Shown: positions 19,866-31,029, numbered from the stretch's first letter. The stretch: DNA of 64,000 nt from Nitrososphaeria archaeon (GCA_027078545.1 JALWXN010000004.1:672001-736000), one strand, 5' to 3'. Numbers and translations: made by a program. Notes: generated by a model from the sequence alone, not told the origin.

Positions 19866-19925
19866 ATAATTATTACCCCCAGCCCCGTGACGCATATATT
19901 CCCATCTCGATAAATATAAAAAGCC

Positions 19926-19945
19926 TTGTCGAGTATGCTCGACAA
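19926..19945. promoter_or_regulatory. Palindrome TTGTCGAG-tatg-CTCGACAA upstream of the ABC operon promoter
   Basis: Perfect 8-bp inverted repeat next to the TATA-like box at 19911-19920. Confidence 0.45.
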
Positions 19946-20238
19946 AGGGTTTAGGGACTAGCCAATACAGATACTTCCTCAGCACCTCCGGCTCTCTAAG
20001 CATCTCTCTGCAACGATTATGTGGACGATGCTTAGCATGATCCTGGCTACGAGTAGTAATTGATCTCCCTCGAGGTTCTCAATAGCATCGAGTAATATGG
20101 ACATCGGTGGCAGCATGAGATCTTTAGATATGTGGAGCCGTCTCCTCATCTCGTACTAGGAAGGGTTGAAAGTAGTGGCTCGGCAAGCCTAGTAAGGATG
20201 TATCATCTATCTATTGGGACTATGCATCAAAGTATTTC

Positions 20239-21096
20239 TTGGGGATGGGTGTGAGGATTGGGGCTAAGGACGCCTTCTATATCTCGATAATACTCGTCCT
20301 ACTCCTGATCAATATCGCCCAGTACTTCAACGTCACCAACCTCCTATCGGCCTATGAGGATCTGAGTAGTGAGTATACCATGCTTAGTGAGAGGTATCGC
20401 GAGTTGATGGGCTATGTTGCTGATCTCCAGCGTCTGAACCCGGAGGTCGTCGAGACGGCTGAGGGCTGGGAGGTGAACTGGTGGATCGTCGGCGTGGCCT
20501 ATGTGGGTGGTGAGGTTAGGGGGGCTGTCCTCCCCTTCACGATGAGGCTCCTCCCCGGGGCTGGGCGGATATTCATCAATATAGATACCCCTGTCGGGAT
20601 CGATATGCAGGAGAGCCTCCTCATAGCTAGGGAGCTTGTTAGGCGGAGCGGCCTCGTCGATATCGACCTGGATAGGTATGACATATACCTTGAGATTAGG
20701 GGTGGTAGCCTGGCTGCGGCTGTCGAGGGGCCGAGCGCGGGCCTAGCCATGGCCATCGCGTTGGCTGCCATAGCGCTGGAGGACCTCTCCCTAGAGGGTG
20801 TATGTGCTACTGGGGCGCTTAACTATTATGGGGGTGTGGAGAAGGTTGGGGCGGTCTTGGAGAAGAGTATCGCCTGTGCAGAGGCTGGGGCTGAGCTAAT
20901 AATTGTTCCCCAGGGCCAGTCAAGGGTCGTCGAGTATATAGATAGGGCTGTTGAGATCCTGCCCGGCCTAACAATGACTATCCGTCAACCTGTCGAGGTG
21001 GAGCTGGAGGAGAGGCTCAGGGAGCTGGGCTACTCCGTCGAGGTGGTTGAGGTCTCATCCCTTGACGAGGCCATATCACTCCTGAGGAATAGGTAG
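20239..21096 (+). CDS. Membrane-anchored Lon-C/S16-type serine protease (no ATPase domain)
   Basis: EGPSAG catalytic Ser, VGAVLEK catalytic Lys; N-terminal TM and coiled coil. Confidence 0.82.
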   Translation: MGMGVRIGAKDAFYISIILVLLLINIAQYFNVTNLLSAYEDLSSEYTMLSERYRELMGYVADLQRLNPEVVETAEGWEVNWWIVGVAYVGGEVRGAVLPFTMRLLPGAGRIFINIDTPVGIDMQESLLIARELVRRSGLVDIDLDRYDIYLEIRGGSLAAAVEGPSAGLAMAIALAAIALEDLSLEGVCATGALNYYGGVEKVGAVLEKSIACAEAGAELIIVPQGQSRVVEYIDRAVEILPGLTMTIRQPVEVELEERLRELGYSVEVVEVSSLDEAISLLRNR

Positions 21097-21773
21097 GGCC
21101 TAAGCTCTGGCGATGCAGAAGCCAACGCCCTGGCCACGGCCAGGTATATCGCCGCAGCGGCTAACGCCATCAAGAGCCTCTCAACGGGGTAGACCAGGGC
21201 TGTTGCGATCCATATACCTTTGAAGCTCTCGGCCTCAGGGATTATCACTGGGTAGTATAGGAGCATGAAGAGGAGTGTCCCACCGGCCTGTCCAGCCAGG
21301 GCGGCCAGGAGAGTTGTTGATAGCCAGCCATGCCTTGGTAGGAAGGTGTTTGTAGCTATGTATATCACTAGGCCTAGGATGTGGAACCATGGGTGTAGGG
21401 GGTATGTCCATAGAGGACCTACTGGTGGGTAGGCTATGTATAGTGCTAGAACCGGGATGTATATGGCTAGGGGCGTCTTCCATCCATATCTATAGAGTGA
21501 CGCCACCGTAGCACCTATAGTCGCGGGTATGAAGCCTAGTAGGTGGAATGGCGGCCTGGGATTCAGTGTAGAGGCTACTGCCTCGCCTATGGCTACTGAG
21601 GGGATGGATATCCAGGGTGGGAACAGTAGGGACAGGGCTATAACCACCGCCTGTGAGATGTTTATCACCGCCCCCTCAACACCTATGACGGGGAAGCCCA
21701 GCGGTATTAACTTCAGAACTAGGAATAGCGCCGCTAATATCGAGGTCAACGCCACCTTTAGACTGAGCCTCAT
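21030..21773 (-). CDS. Polytopic membrane protein, ECF S-component-like
   Basis: About 7 TM, N-terminal AAL motif, YPVER near C-terminus. Confidence 0.55.
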   Translation of the reverse strand: MRLSLKVALTSILAALFLVLKLIPLGFPVIGVEGAVINISQAVVIALSLLFPPWISIPSVAIGEAVASTLNPRPPFHLLGFIPATIGATVASLYRYGWKTPLAIYIPVLALYIAYPPVGPLWTYPLHPWFHILGLVIYIATNTFLPRHGWLSTTLLAALAGQAGGTLLFMLLYYPVIIPEAESFKGIWIATALVYPVERLLMALAAAAIYLAVARALASASPELRPYLFLRSDMASSRDETSTTSTE

Positions 21774-21870
21774 CAGATAGCTAATATATCACGTCTTGGG
21801 GGAATAATCGGTAGGCAATAAAATATTTCTCCTGACGAGTGATGGTTAATAAAAAATAGATTTTCGGGGG

Positions 21871-24570
21871 CTATGCCCCGGTAGACTTGATGATCTTCCT
21901 TAGGACGTAGTGGAGTATACCGCCGTTCCTATAGTAGTCCACCTCCACCCAGCTGTCGAGCCTAGCCATCACCCTGAACTCCGTCTTTGACCCGTCATCC
22001 CTAATCGCCTCCACCCTAAGAATCTTCTGTGGCTCCAGCCCGGATGAGATACCCCTGATGTTGTATACCTCGCTCCCGTCCAGGCCGAGGCTCTCCCTAT
22101 TCTCACCGTCCATGAACTGTAGTGGGAGTATCGCCATGCCTATAAGGTTGCTCCTGTGTATCCTCTCGAAGCTCTCGGCTATCACGGCCTTGACGCCTAG
22201 GAGCGCCGGGCCCTTGGCTGCCCAGTCACGGCTGCTCCCGACTCCATAGTTCTTACCCGCTATGACTATGAGGGGTGTACCCTCAGCCTTATACCTCATG
22301 GCGGCGTCGTAGACCGTTGTAACCTCCCTTGTCGGCCAGTACACGGTGTATCCACCCTCCCTATCGACGAGGAGGTTCCTGATCTTCGGGTTGGCGAATG
22401 TACCCCTCATCATGACCTCGTGGTTACCCCTCCTGGCCCCATAGGTCCCGAACTTGCTCGGCGGGACTCCTAGGCTGAGTAGGTACTGCCCAGCCGGGCT
22501 GTCCACGGGTATTGGGCCTGCCGGGCTTATATGGTCTGTCGATACCCTGTCACCCAGCATTACTAGTACCCTTGCACCTAGTATATCCTCAGGCTCCCTG
22601 ACCTCGGGTGTGAAGCCCTCGAAGAAGGGCGGCTTCTTTATGAATGTGGACTTCTCGTCCCAGTCATAGTATATCGTGTCCGGCGCATCTATCCTCTTCC
22701 ACCTCTCTGGGCCTTCATAGACATTCTTATACTTCTCCTTGTATAGCTCGGGCTTGACATACTTGCTGATATACTCCGCTATCTCCTCCTGGCTCGGCCA
22801 TATGTCTCTCAGGTATACAGGCTTCCCATCGGGCCTGGTGCCTATCGGCTCGTTATAGGGATCCCAGTTGATGTATCCCTTTATGGCGTAGGCAACCACC
22901 ATGATCGGGCTGGCCAGGAAGTTGCCTGCCGTGAGTGGATGTACCCTCCCGAGGAAGTTACGGTTACCGCTCAGGACCGCTGCAGAATATAGGTTGTTCT
23001 CCCTGATAGCGTCCTCTACAGGCTTGAGGAGTGGCCCAGCATTGCCTATACATGTGGTGCATCCAAAGGCTACTACGTGGTAGCCCAGTGCCTCTAGATA
23101 GGGCATCAGGCCGCCGTTGGATAGGTAGCTGGGTACTACGCTACTCCCAGGTGCGAAGCTCGTCTTGACCCATGGCTTCGTCCTGAGGCCCTCCTGGACA
23201 GCGTTCCTAGCGAGTAGCCCAGCCCCGACCAGGACGCCTGGGTTAGAGGTGTTGGTACAGCTGGTTATGGAGGATATCACTACTACGCCGTCCCTTATGA
23301 GGTAGTCTACATCCCCTATCCTCACGGTTGCCGAGCCACGCGACTTCTTCGCCCTCCTATACTCCTCGATAAGCTTCTCAACCTCCTCCTTCGCCCTCTC
23401 CAGCGGTATCCTGTCCTCGGGGTTGGCCGGCCCAGCTATGCTTGGCTCCACATCTCCAAGGTCTATCCTGAGCCTATATGGATACTCCGGCTCCACACCC
23501 TCCTCGTAGAAGAGTCCCTGTAGCCTGGTATACTCCTCGACTAGCCTTATCAGGGCGGGATCCCTGCCAGTTATCCTGAGGTACTCCAGGGTATGCCTAT
23601 CCACTGGGAAGAAGCCCGTGGTTGCTCCGTACTCTGGGGCCATGTTTGAGACTGTCGTCCTGTCAAATGCTAGTAGCTGGTTCAGCCCCTCGCCGTAGAA
23701 CTCGACTATCCTCCCTACAGTCGGGATCCCAGCCCGTTTCCTGAGATACTCGGTGATGTATAGGACTATATCCGTGGCCGTGACCCCCTCCCTAGGCTCG
23801 CCTACAAGCTCTACACCGATCACCTCGGGTAGGATCATGTAGTATGGCTCCCCCAGTAGGACTGCCTCAGCCTCTATACCGCCCACTCCCCATGCTAGGA
23901 CGCCTATACCACTCACCATCGGTGTATGGCTATCCGTCCCTATCAATGTGTCTGGGAAGGCGTAGAGCTCCCCATCAACCTCCTGGGTAGCAACAACCTT
24001 CGCCAGGTACTCGATATTCACCTGGTGCACAATGCCGACGCCGGCCGGGACTATCTTCAGCCTCTTAAAGGCCTTCTGGGCCCACTTCAGGATCCTATAC
24101 CTCTCCTCGTAGAGGCTGAACTCGGACATTATATTTAGCTGTAGAGCCTCCCTGAAGCCATAGTAGTCGACCCTTACGCTATGATCCACCACGAGGTGTG
24201 CATCCAGGAATGTATCCACCTTCTCCGGTGGAACCCCATACCTGGCGGCCTCGTCCCTCAGCGTTGCCAGGTCGACTATGAGTGGGACGCCTGTATAGTC
24301 CTGCATGAGGACTCGGTAGGGCATGTAGGGTATCGTCTCCCTACCCATGCTCCTCCTCCAGTTGACGACCTTCTCTAGATCCTCCTCGGTCACCTTGTAG
24401 CCATCCATCTTCCTCAGGATATTCTCGATGAATATCTTGGTTGTGAATGGGGCCTTGGAGACGTCTCCGTAGCCGGTCTCTTCCAGCCTGTCTAGCCGGA
24501 ATATTCTATACTTCTCGCCGTCTACAACGAGTTCCTCACGTGTAACCTCGACGGCCTCGGCCATACCCAA
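21871..24570 (-). CDS. acnA: Aconitate hydratase A
   Basis: QDYTG, DHSV, GTDSHT, ITSCTNTSNP, CTTCIGN, GSSRDWAAKG. Confidence 0.96.
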   Translation of the reverse strand: MGMAEAVEVTREELVVDGEKYRIFRLDRLEETGYGDVSKAPFTTKIFIENILRKMDGYKVTEEDLEKVVNWRRSMGRETIPYMPYRVLMQDYTGVPLIVDLATLRDEAARYGVPPEKVDTFLDAHLVVDHSVRVDYYGFREALQLNIMSEFSLYEERYRILKWAQKAFKRLKIVPAGVGIVHQVNIEYLAKVVATQEVDGELYAFPDTLIGTDSHTPMVSGIGVLAWGVGGIEAEAVLLGEPYYMILPEVIGVELVGEPREGVTATDIVLYITEYLRKRAGIPTVGRIVEFYGEGLNQLLAFDRTTVSNMAPEYGATTGFFPVDRHTLEYLRITGRDPALIRLVEEYTRLQGLFYEEGVEPEYPYRLRIDLGDVEPSIAGPANPEDRIPLERAKEEVEKLIEEYRRAKKSRGSATVRIGDVDYLIRDGVVVISSITSCTNTSNPGVLVGAGLLARNAVQEGLRTKPWVKTSFAPGSSVVPSYLSNGGLMPYLEALGYHVVAFGCTTCIGNAGPLLKPVEDAIRENNLYSAAVLSGNRNFLGRVHPLTAGNFLASPIMVVAYAIKGYINWDPYNEPIGTRPDGKPVYLRDIWPSQEEIAEYISKYVKPELYKEKYKNVYEGPERWKRIDAPDTIYYDWDEKSTFIKKPPFFEGFTPEVREPEDILGARVLVMLGDRVSTDHISPAGPIPVDSPAGQYLLSLGVPPSKFGTYGARRGNHEVMMRGTFANPKIRNLLVDREGGYTVYWPTREVTTVYDAAMRYKAEGTPLIVIAGKNYGVGSSRDWAAKGPALLGVKAVIAESFERIHRSNLIGMAILPLQFMDGENRESLGLDGSEVYNIRGISSGLEPQKILRVEAIRDDGSKTEFRVMARLDSWVEVDYYRNGGILHYVLRKIIKSTGA

Positions 24571-24597
24571 GACTGTTCACCCAGTATTCATAGGCTT

Positions 24598-25074
24598 CTA
24601 CCTAGATATTAATGCTAGGATATCGACCCCGGCTAGGCGGAAGTAGTATATCGTGAGGGCCAAGGCGCCTAGGAGCATCAACCCCCTGTTCACATACTTG
24701 TTGTCCGACCTGAATAGCCTGAGGGATACCTGCCAATGGCTGAGTGGGTAGAAGGGCTTCAGCGGGGTATAGGTGAGTATGTCCCCCAGTATGTGGAGCC
24801 CTTGGGCCGTGAAGAGTATTATGAATCCATAGATGAAGCCTGGGCCGAAATAGCTGGTTAGGGCTCCACCCAGTATGGAGACTATGAATGCAGTCACGTA
24901 GGAGTGGGTCACACCCCTATGCCTGATCCTGAGCCTGAGGTCGAGGTCCGGTATGAAGGATAGGGCCGCGGCTATGAGCCCCATAGCCACGTATTCCCAG
25001 CCATCGATGGAGAGGATGTATAGGGCTGTGAAGTAGACTAGGAGTGTGAATCCGAAGTGGCCGTCCCTATCCAT
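24598..25074 (-). CDS. YdjM-like membrane metal-dependent hydrolase
   Basis: GH, PDLD, HRGVTHS, HILGD. Confidence 0.85.
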   Translation of the reverse strand: MDRDGHFGFTLLVYFTALYILSIDGWEYVAMGLIAAALSFIPDLDLRLRIRHRGVTHSYVTAFIVSILGGALTSYFGPGFIYGFIILFTAQGLHILGDILTYTPLKPFYPLSHWQVSLRLFRSDNKYVNRGLMLLGALALTIYYFRLAGVDILALISR

Positions 25075-25176
25075 TCCAAAATATCTCTATGCCTCCCCAG
25101 CCCTATTTAGCGGGCATAGGTATAGAGTGTTTAGACACTCCTTGTTTAACAAGGGGGAGGCATCAAGTATTATGCA

Positions 25177-26493
25177 ATGAAGTACATGGGTGTGGCTGGG
25201 AAATACTTTCTCGATACTGGCCATAGGTTCCAGCGGGAGATAATCTGGGCGATGGGGGCGATCAAGGCGGCCGCTGCCAAGGCGAACAATGAGCTGGGGC
25301 TCCTGGATGACCAGAGGGCAGAGGCTATATACAGGATCGCGAAGAGGCTGATGGATGGTGAGCTTGACGATGAGATAACGGTTGACGTATTCCAGACGGG
25401 GAGTGGGACCGGGCTCAACATGAATGTGAACGAGGTCATTGCTAAGTATGCCTCGGAGGAGTCGGGCCTCGATATACATCCCAACAACCATGTAAACATG
25501 AGCCAGAGCTCCAACGACGTGGTGCCCACAGCTATTAGGCTGGCCGCCCTTAAGAGGCTAGAGTCTTTCAGGGAGGTCTATGTAGAGTTCCTAAACTCCT
25601 TGAAACGGGCCTCGAGGAGCTTCTCCGACGTGGTCAAGCCGGGTAGGACGCATCTCAGGGATGCCCTCCCCGTCACGCTCGGCCAGGAGCTCGAGGGCTT
25701 CATGGAGAGCCTAGCCAAGGACTTGTCGATGCTGGAGAGGGCTGCCGAGGATCTGAAGGAGCTCCCACTGGGAGGGACGGCTGTCGGGACGGGCTTCAAT
25801 ACCCATGAGGAGTACATCCCCACGGTCTTCAAGCATCTAAGGGAGGTCACTGGGATGGATCTCAGGCCTGCTGGGAGTAGGTTCAGGGGTATCAAGCTAC
25901 TCACCGATGTGAAGACCCTGAGCTCGATACTCGCCTCGGTGGCCCTCGACCTCTATAGGCTCTCACAGGATATTAGGCTGATGTTCTCAGGCCCCTTCAC
26001 AGGGCTGAACGAGATAGATATCCCGATGGAGATCGCTGGGAGCAGCATGATGCCCGGTAAGACCAACCCGGTGACTGTCGAGGCTGTACTCCAGGCCTCT
26101 GCCTATGTCATGGGGCTTGACCACGCCAACCAGGTCGCTGGTATGCTTGGGGAGCTGGAGCTCAGCATGGGGATACCACTGATGGGCCACAACATCATAG
26201 AGATGATGGATATACTCTCAACGTCAATGTCCAAGCTCGCAGCCAACGCCCTCGACATAATGGTGCCTAGGAGGGAGTATCTAGAGGAGCAGGCCAGGAA
26301 GAGCCCCGCACTGGTCACTGCGTTGGTCCCCATCATAGGGTATGACAAGGCTGCGGAGCTGGGTAGGAAGATCCAGGAGGGCATGGATCTGGTCGAGGCC
26401 CTCAAGAGACTTGGCTATGGCGATGAGGAGATCAGGAAGCTCCTCGACGTGAGGCGGATGACTAGGCCGGGTATCTATGTTTTGGAGGATTAG
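25177..26493 (+). CDS. fumC: Class II fumarate hydratase
   Basis: FQTGSGT, QSSND, GRTHL.DA, GSSMMPGKTNP. Confidence 0.93.
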   Translation: MKYMGVAGKYFLDTGHRFQREIIWAMGAIKAAAAKANNELGLLDDQRAEAIYRIAKRLMDGELDDEITVDVFQTGSGTGLNMNVNEVIAKYASEESGLDIHPNNHVNMSQSSNDVVPTAIRLAALKRLESFREVYVEFLNSLKRASRSFSDVVKPGRTHLRDALPVTLGQELEGFMESLAKDLSMLERAAEDLKELPLGGTAVGTGFNTHEEYIPTVFKHLREVTGMDLRPAGSRFRGIKLLTDVKTLSSILASVALDLYRLSQDIRLMFSGPFTGLNEIDIPMEIAGSSMMPGKTNPVTVEAVLQASAYVMGLDHANQVAGMLGELELSMGIPLMGHNIIEMMDILSTSMSKLAANALDIMVPRREYLEEQARKSPALVTALVPIIGYDKAAELGRKIQEGMDLVEALKRLGYGDEEIRKLLDVRRMTRPGIYVLED

Positions 26494-26546
26494 GCCGGGC
26501 CTTAGTATTTAAACATCCCACTCCCTATTTTTTACAAGGGATTCCC

Positions 26547-27992
26547 TTGAGGATAGCCGATGGGCAGGGACTCACCTTCGACGATGTACTGCTCAAGCCT
26601 AGGCTGAGCAGGGTTAGGAGCCGGTCAGAGGTCGACACCTCCACATGGTTCACGAGGCGTATCAGGCTCAACATACCCCTCGTCTCCTCACCCATGGACA
26701 CGGTTACTGAGCATATGATGGCCATCGCCCTGGCGAGGCTGGGTGGGATAGGGATTATACACCGCTTCACATCGATAGAGAGGCAGGTCGCGGAGATCCG
26801 TAAGGTGAAGAGGGCGGAGAACATCGTTATACGCGACCCCTACAGCATCTCGCCAGACGCCACTGTGGGTGAGGCCCGTAGACTCATGGAGGAGAAGGGT
26901 GTAAGCGGCCTCCTAGTAGTTGGTGAGGACGGCAGGCTGAAGGGGATCGTTACGAGTAGGGATATCCTCTTCCAGGGTGACGACGTCCCTGTGAGGGAGG
27001 TTATGACGCCTCGTGAGAGGCTTGTCGTGGCCCATGAGGAGATAGACCTCGAGTCTGCTAAGAAGCTCCTCTGGAGGCATAGGGTGGAGAAGCTCCCCAT
27101 AGTCGATGAGGAGTGGAGGGTTAAGGGGTTGATCACGGCTGCAGACATCATCAAGAAGATCAGGTATCCCAACGCGGCTAGGGATAGGAAGGGCCGTCTA
27201 CTCGTCGGGGCCGCTGTGGGTATTAGGGGAGACTATCTCGAGAGGGCGGAGAAGCTTTATGAGGCGGAGGCCGACGTCCTGGTTATAGACGTTGCACATG
27301 GCCATATGGAGCGTGCCCTCGAGGTTATCAAGGAGCTGAAGAAGGCCTTCGGGGAGGATATCGACGTGGTTGGTGGGAACATAGCCACCTATGAGGGTGC
27401 ACGTGACGTCATAGCGATGGGCTCCGACGCTGTGAGGGTCGGGATAGGCCCAGGCTCAACATGCACGACGAGGATAGTGGCCGGCGTGGGTGTGCCTCAG
27501 CTCACAGCGATTATGGAAGCCTATAGGGCCGCGTCCGAGGCCGATGTACCGGTGATAGCTGATGGCGGGATCAGGAATCCTGGGGATGTGGTCAAGGCAT
27601 TGGCCGCCGGGGCCTCGACCGTTATGATAGGTGGGCTCTTCGCGGGTACCGACGAGTCGCCGGGCCCGATAGTCCTGAGGAATGGTAAGAGGTATAAGGT
27701 CTTCAGGGGTATGGCGAGCCTATCGGCGAGGGTTGGTAAGGAGGCCGTCACGAAGGGTGTGGAGGATACGGAGGTGGCTGAGTATAGCTACTCGACGGAG
27801 GGTGTGGAGGCCTTCGTGGAGTATAAGGGGAGTGTGGAGGACATTGTTAAGAGGCTCGTGGCTGGGCTACGCTCAGGGATGAGCTACCTAGGGGCATTCG
27901 ATATTGAGGAGCTTAGGTTGAATGCAGAGTTCATCGTGATCTCCGGTGCAAGTATTAGGGAGAGCTATCCCCACGACGTCATACTCTGGTAG
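26547..27992 (+). CDS. guaB: IMP dehydrogenase
   Basis: [11 protein letters not shown] pair, [20 protein letters not shown]. Confidence 0.95.
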   Translation: MRIADGQGLTFDDVLLKPRLSRVRSRSEVDTSTWFTRRIRLNIPLVSSPMDTVTEHMMAIALARLGGIGIIHRFTSIERQVAEIRKVKRAENIVIRDPYSISPDATVGEARRLMEEKGVSGLLVVGEDGRLKGIVTSRDILFQGDDVPVREVMTPRERLVVAHEEIDLESAKKLLWRHRVEKLPIVDEEWRVKGLITAADIIKKIRYPNAARDRKGRLLVGAAVGIRGDYLERAEKLYEAEADVLVIDVAHGHMERALEVIKELKKAFGEDIDVVGGNIATYEGARDVIAMGSDAVRVGIGPGSTCTTRIVAGVGVPQLTAIMEAYRAASEADVPVIADGGIRNPGDVVKALAAGASTVMIGGLFAGTDESPGPIVLRNGKRYKVFRGMASLSARVGKEAVTKGVEDTEVAEYSYSTEGVEAFVEYKGSVEDIVKRLVAGLRSGMSYLGAFDIEELRLNAEFIVISGASIRESYPHDVILW

Positions 27993-27994
27993 TT

Positions 27995-28300
27995 GTGATG
28001 CCCTACCAAAACCTGGTTGTGGAGGCGGATCCATCGGAGATACATAGGATTATAGAGGAGGTCTGCGAGTCGGAGAAGCTTGAGTACTCGCTGGAGTATG
28101 ACGGCGATCTCTACAGGATATATTATAGGAAGAGGATGCTATTCGTGAAGAGGGTCCAGATGGAGGTTGCACGTGTAGTCCCCCTACGCATGGGTGATGG
28201 ACGGCTACACATAGTCTTCTGGCTCAGCGACCTAGAGTCGGAGAAGAGCCAGCGCTTCTACCAGAGGATGAGGATGCTCCTAAACAGGTATATATCCTAG
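27995..28300 (+). CDS. Hypothetical protein
   Basis: Fills the gap after guaB; host-like codon usage. Confidence 0.6.
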   Translation: MMPYQNLVVEADPSEIHRIIEEVCESEKLEYSLEYDGDLYRIYYRKRMLFVKRVQMEVARVVPLRMGDGRLHIVFWLSDLESEKSQRFYQRMRMLLNRYIS

Positions 28301-29886
28301 AGAACCACCTCTGGTAGATACCTCTCCACAACCTCCTCCCTAGACTCACGCAGCATCTTGACCGCCTTAGGGAGCTTCTCAAGGATGTCCCAAGATGTCA
28401 TGCCATCCATACCCAGCTCCTCAGCGGCGAGGTCACCCGCCAGGCCATGTATGAAGACGCCGTTCTTCACCGCATCCCTCATCCTTAGGCCCAGGCCGTA
28501 CATTGCGGCAATTACTCCGTTCAACACGTCGCCAGAGCCGGCGGTCGCCATCCCGGGGTTACCAGACATGTTTATAAATACCTCTCCATCCGGCGTGGCT
28601 ATCTGTGTATGGGCACCCTTATAGACGATGTAGCACCTATTCTCCTGGGCGATCTCCCTAACCATCTCCACGGCGCTCCCCTCCAACATCTCCATCGAGA
28701 CCCTGAAGATCTTGCTGAACTCCGCCCTATGGGGAGTCAACACGGTCTCCCCACCCCTGTTCTTAACGATCTCGGGCTCCTCCCTCAGGATGTAGAGCCC
28801 ATCCCCATCCAGTATCACGGGTATATCCACCTTCTTGAAGAGCTCCCGGGCCAGCTCCTGGCTCTCACCACTCCTACCCAGGCCGGGGCCTAGGATCAGG
28901 ATGTCTATACCCGCATCCCTGATAATCTCGAGTATATGGTCGATATTCGCTGTGGATAGGCCTCCCCTACCATCATCCTCCAGTGGGTGGTAGACGATCT
29001 CTGGGGCCCTGGATGCGGCCACCCTGATCACCTCTGGCAGAGAGGCTAGCCTGGCGTAGCCGCCACCCGCCTTGAGGAAGGCGTAGGTGGAGAGTAGGGG
29101 CGCCCCATAATAGTTGGCTGCCCCACCCACCGTCAGGAGCTTTCCAAACTCCCCCTTATGCCCACTCTCCTTCCTAGGCTTTATCTCGATCGGTATGTTT
29201 AGATAGGTCCTTGTCTCGAGCTGCCTAAGGAGTGATGAGGGGTAGGCCAGCCTAGTGATGTATAGCCTCCCATTATACTCAGCCCCTGGATATATGATGT
29301 TCCCGATCTTGAGTATGCCGAGGGCGACTGTGTAGCTGGCCCTCACAGCCTCTCCATATATCTTCGCATCGCCCCCACCCACGCCCGATGGTATATCAAC
29401 CGATACAACGGGCTTCTTAGAGGCATTCACCATCTTGATAACCTCTCTGTAGAATCCCTCGACCTCCCTGTTCAGCCCAGTCCCGAATATGCCGTCGACA
29501 ATAACTGTTGACCATTCGAGATACTCCCTAAGCCTTGGTAGGTCTGGCCTGCCAAGTATCGGGGTGACCTCAGCGTCCAGCGATACCAGGACCCTATAAT
29601 ACCTCTCCGCCGGGTACCCATACCTGCCGGGGTCACCCACTATACAGATCTTGACGTCATAACCCTCCACGAAGAGCTTGAGCCCAGTGCCCAGGGCGTC
29701 ACCACCATTATTACCCGTACCCGCAAGGATAAGTACACGCTCCCTATCAAGATCAAAATTACTCCTCAGGACCCTGAAGACGGCGAGAGCCGCATTATCC
29801 ATGAGGATTAAGGGGTCTATACCCGCCTCAGCCGCCAGACGGTCGAGCTGGGCAGCATCCTCAGAGGTACCCACCAGATACTTCAA
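28297..29886 (-). CDS. nnr: Bifunctional NAD(P)H-hydrate epimerase/dehydratase
   Basis: GTGNNGGD, DGIFGTG, DIPSG, HKG, TPHRAE, GSGDVL; TTG 29886 after a GGGTGGG site is the likelier start. Confidence 0.92.
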   Translation of the reverse strand: MKYLVGTSEDAAQLDRLAAEAGIDPLILMDNAALAVFRVLRSNFDLDRERVLILAGTGNNGGDALGTGLKLFVEGYDVKICIVGDPGRYGYPAERYYRVLVSLDAEVTPILGRPDLPRLREYLEWSTVIVDGIFGTGLNREVEGFYREVIKMVNASKKPVVSVDIPSGVGGGDAKIYGEAVRASYTVALGILKIGNIIYPGAEYNGRLYITRLAYPSSLLRQLETRTYLNIPIEIKPRKESGHKGEFGKLLTVGGAANYYGAPLLSTYAFLKAGGGYARLASLPEVIRVAASRAPEIVYHPLEDDGRGGLSTANIDHILEIIRDAGIDILILGPGLGRSGESQELARELFKKVDIPVILDGDGLYILREEPEIVKNRGGETVLTPHRAEFSKIFRVSMEMLEGSAVEMVREIAQENRCYIVYKGAHTQIATPDGEVFINMSGNPGMATAGSGDVLNGVIAAMYGLGLRMRDAVKNGVFIHGLAGDLAAEELGMDGMTSWDILEKLPKAVKMLRESREEVVERYLPEVVL

Positions 29887-30234
29887 TATACCGTTCCCAC
29901 CCAACACCTCAACCAGCCTATCCATAGAGTCCCAACAAAACATTTTAAAAATAATTATCTCATCCAGGTCCATAGGTTCAACCCACGACAAAACAGTTAC
30001 ATTAACTTAACCATAAAAACCATATAGTTAATGTTAGGAATCTCTTATAGTGCATGTATATGAGAACTAAACATAGTGAATCAAGGTAGTGATGTTTAAG
30101 GCAAACACCTCCAAGTATTTACCCTTTATGTTTTTCTTCCCCTTTATAAAGGTAACTCAATTATTCGTGCATGTTAGATTGTATCTATCCAGAGCAAAGA
30201 TTTATTAGGAAATTTTTGATGTATTTTTATTGAG

Positions 30235-31029
30235 ATGATAGTTAAAGAGCGTTTGGCGAATATTGCACTCAGAGCATTTTCAGTGATAACCATCGCATTA
30301 TTACTTCTAGGTCAGTTAGCGATAGCATGGCCCCCAGCACATCAATCCTATAGCGAAGCGATAGGGGGAGTTCATATAAAGATTTATAAGTTCTATGAGA
30401 GGTCACTTCAGGAGTACCTAGTTGGAACGTGTACGTTAGGATATGCCGCAGAATTAAATGGAGTTAGTGGTATTGTAACGGCAGGACATTGTTTCGACGG
30501 GATTACTGGGAATTACGACCCTCCTGAGATATGGTGGTGGACCGTTTACCAGCCTGATAGGACAGGTCTTTATGTTGGTTCTCCATCCCATGTCTATGGT
30601 GATCTAAGCTATATAGATACTGCGTTCATACCAAGTAGCCATGTATCCCCCAGTATACTGACAAAAGATCCATATGGCAATGCGGCTGTCTTACCAGTAG
30701 AATCAATAGTGCCTTGGTCTTCTATATCTGTAGGTATGGCTGTAACTAAAACAGGTTCAAACTCTGGTGTAGAGAATGGACACGTTCAGGGATATTACAT
30801 GAATCTCTATGGATTGAAATGGGTTGTAAGGTACATTAACATGAGTGCTGTACCTGGAGATAGTGGGGGTCCAGTTTATCAAAGAACTTTAGTTAGAGAA
30901 GAGGGGTACTGGACATACCAGATTAGCTTGATAGCGATAATGGTGGCTGTGGACGGTACTTACGTCTACTCCATATCAGTAGATGGTATCCAAACTGAAG
31001 TTGGGATAGTTCCTCAAACATGGTGGTGA
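30235..31029 (+). CDS. Secreted S1 (trypsin/alpha-lytic-like) serine protease, copy 1
   Basis: Signal peptide; AIGG mature-like N-terminus; CTLG, TAGHC, YIDT, GDSGGP triad motifs. Confidence 0.85.
   Translation: MIVKERLANIALRAFSVITIALLLLGQLAIAWPPAHQSYSEAIGGVHIKIYKFYERSLQEYLVGTCTLGYAAELNGVSGIVTAGHCFDGITGNYDPPEIWWWTVYQPDRTGLYVGSPSHVYGDLSYIDTAFIPSSHVSPSILTKDPYGNAAVLPVESIVPWSSISVGMAVTKTGSNSGVENGHVQGYYMNLYGLKWVVRYINMSAVPGDSGGPVYQRTLVREEGYWTYQISLIAIMVAVDGTYVYSISVDGIQTEVGIVPQTWW

Noticed and set aside
19979-20149. 56-codon minus-strand ORF (MRRRLHISKDL...) in the ABC/Lon gap
   Set aside because: Short, no recognisable motif or clear RBS; cannot be supported.
25089-25163. Suppressor or pyrrolysine tRNA (minus-strand loop contains CTA)
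   Set aside because: Loop sizes and conserved tRNA bases do not fit; kept only as an unexplained structure.
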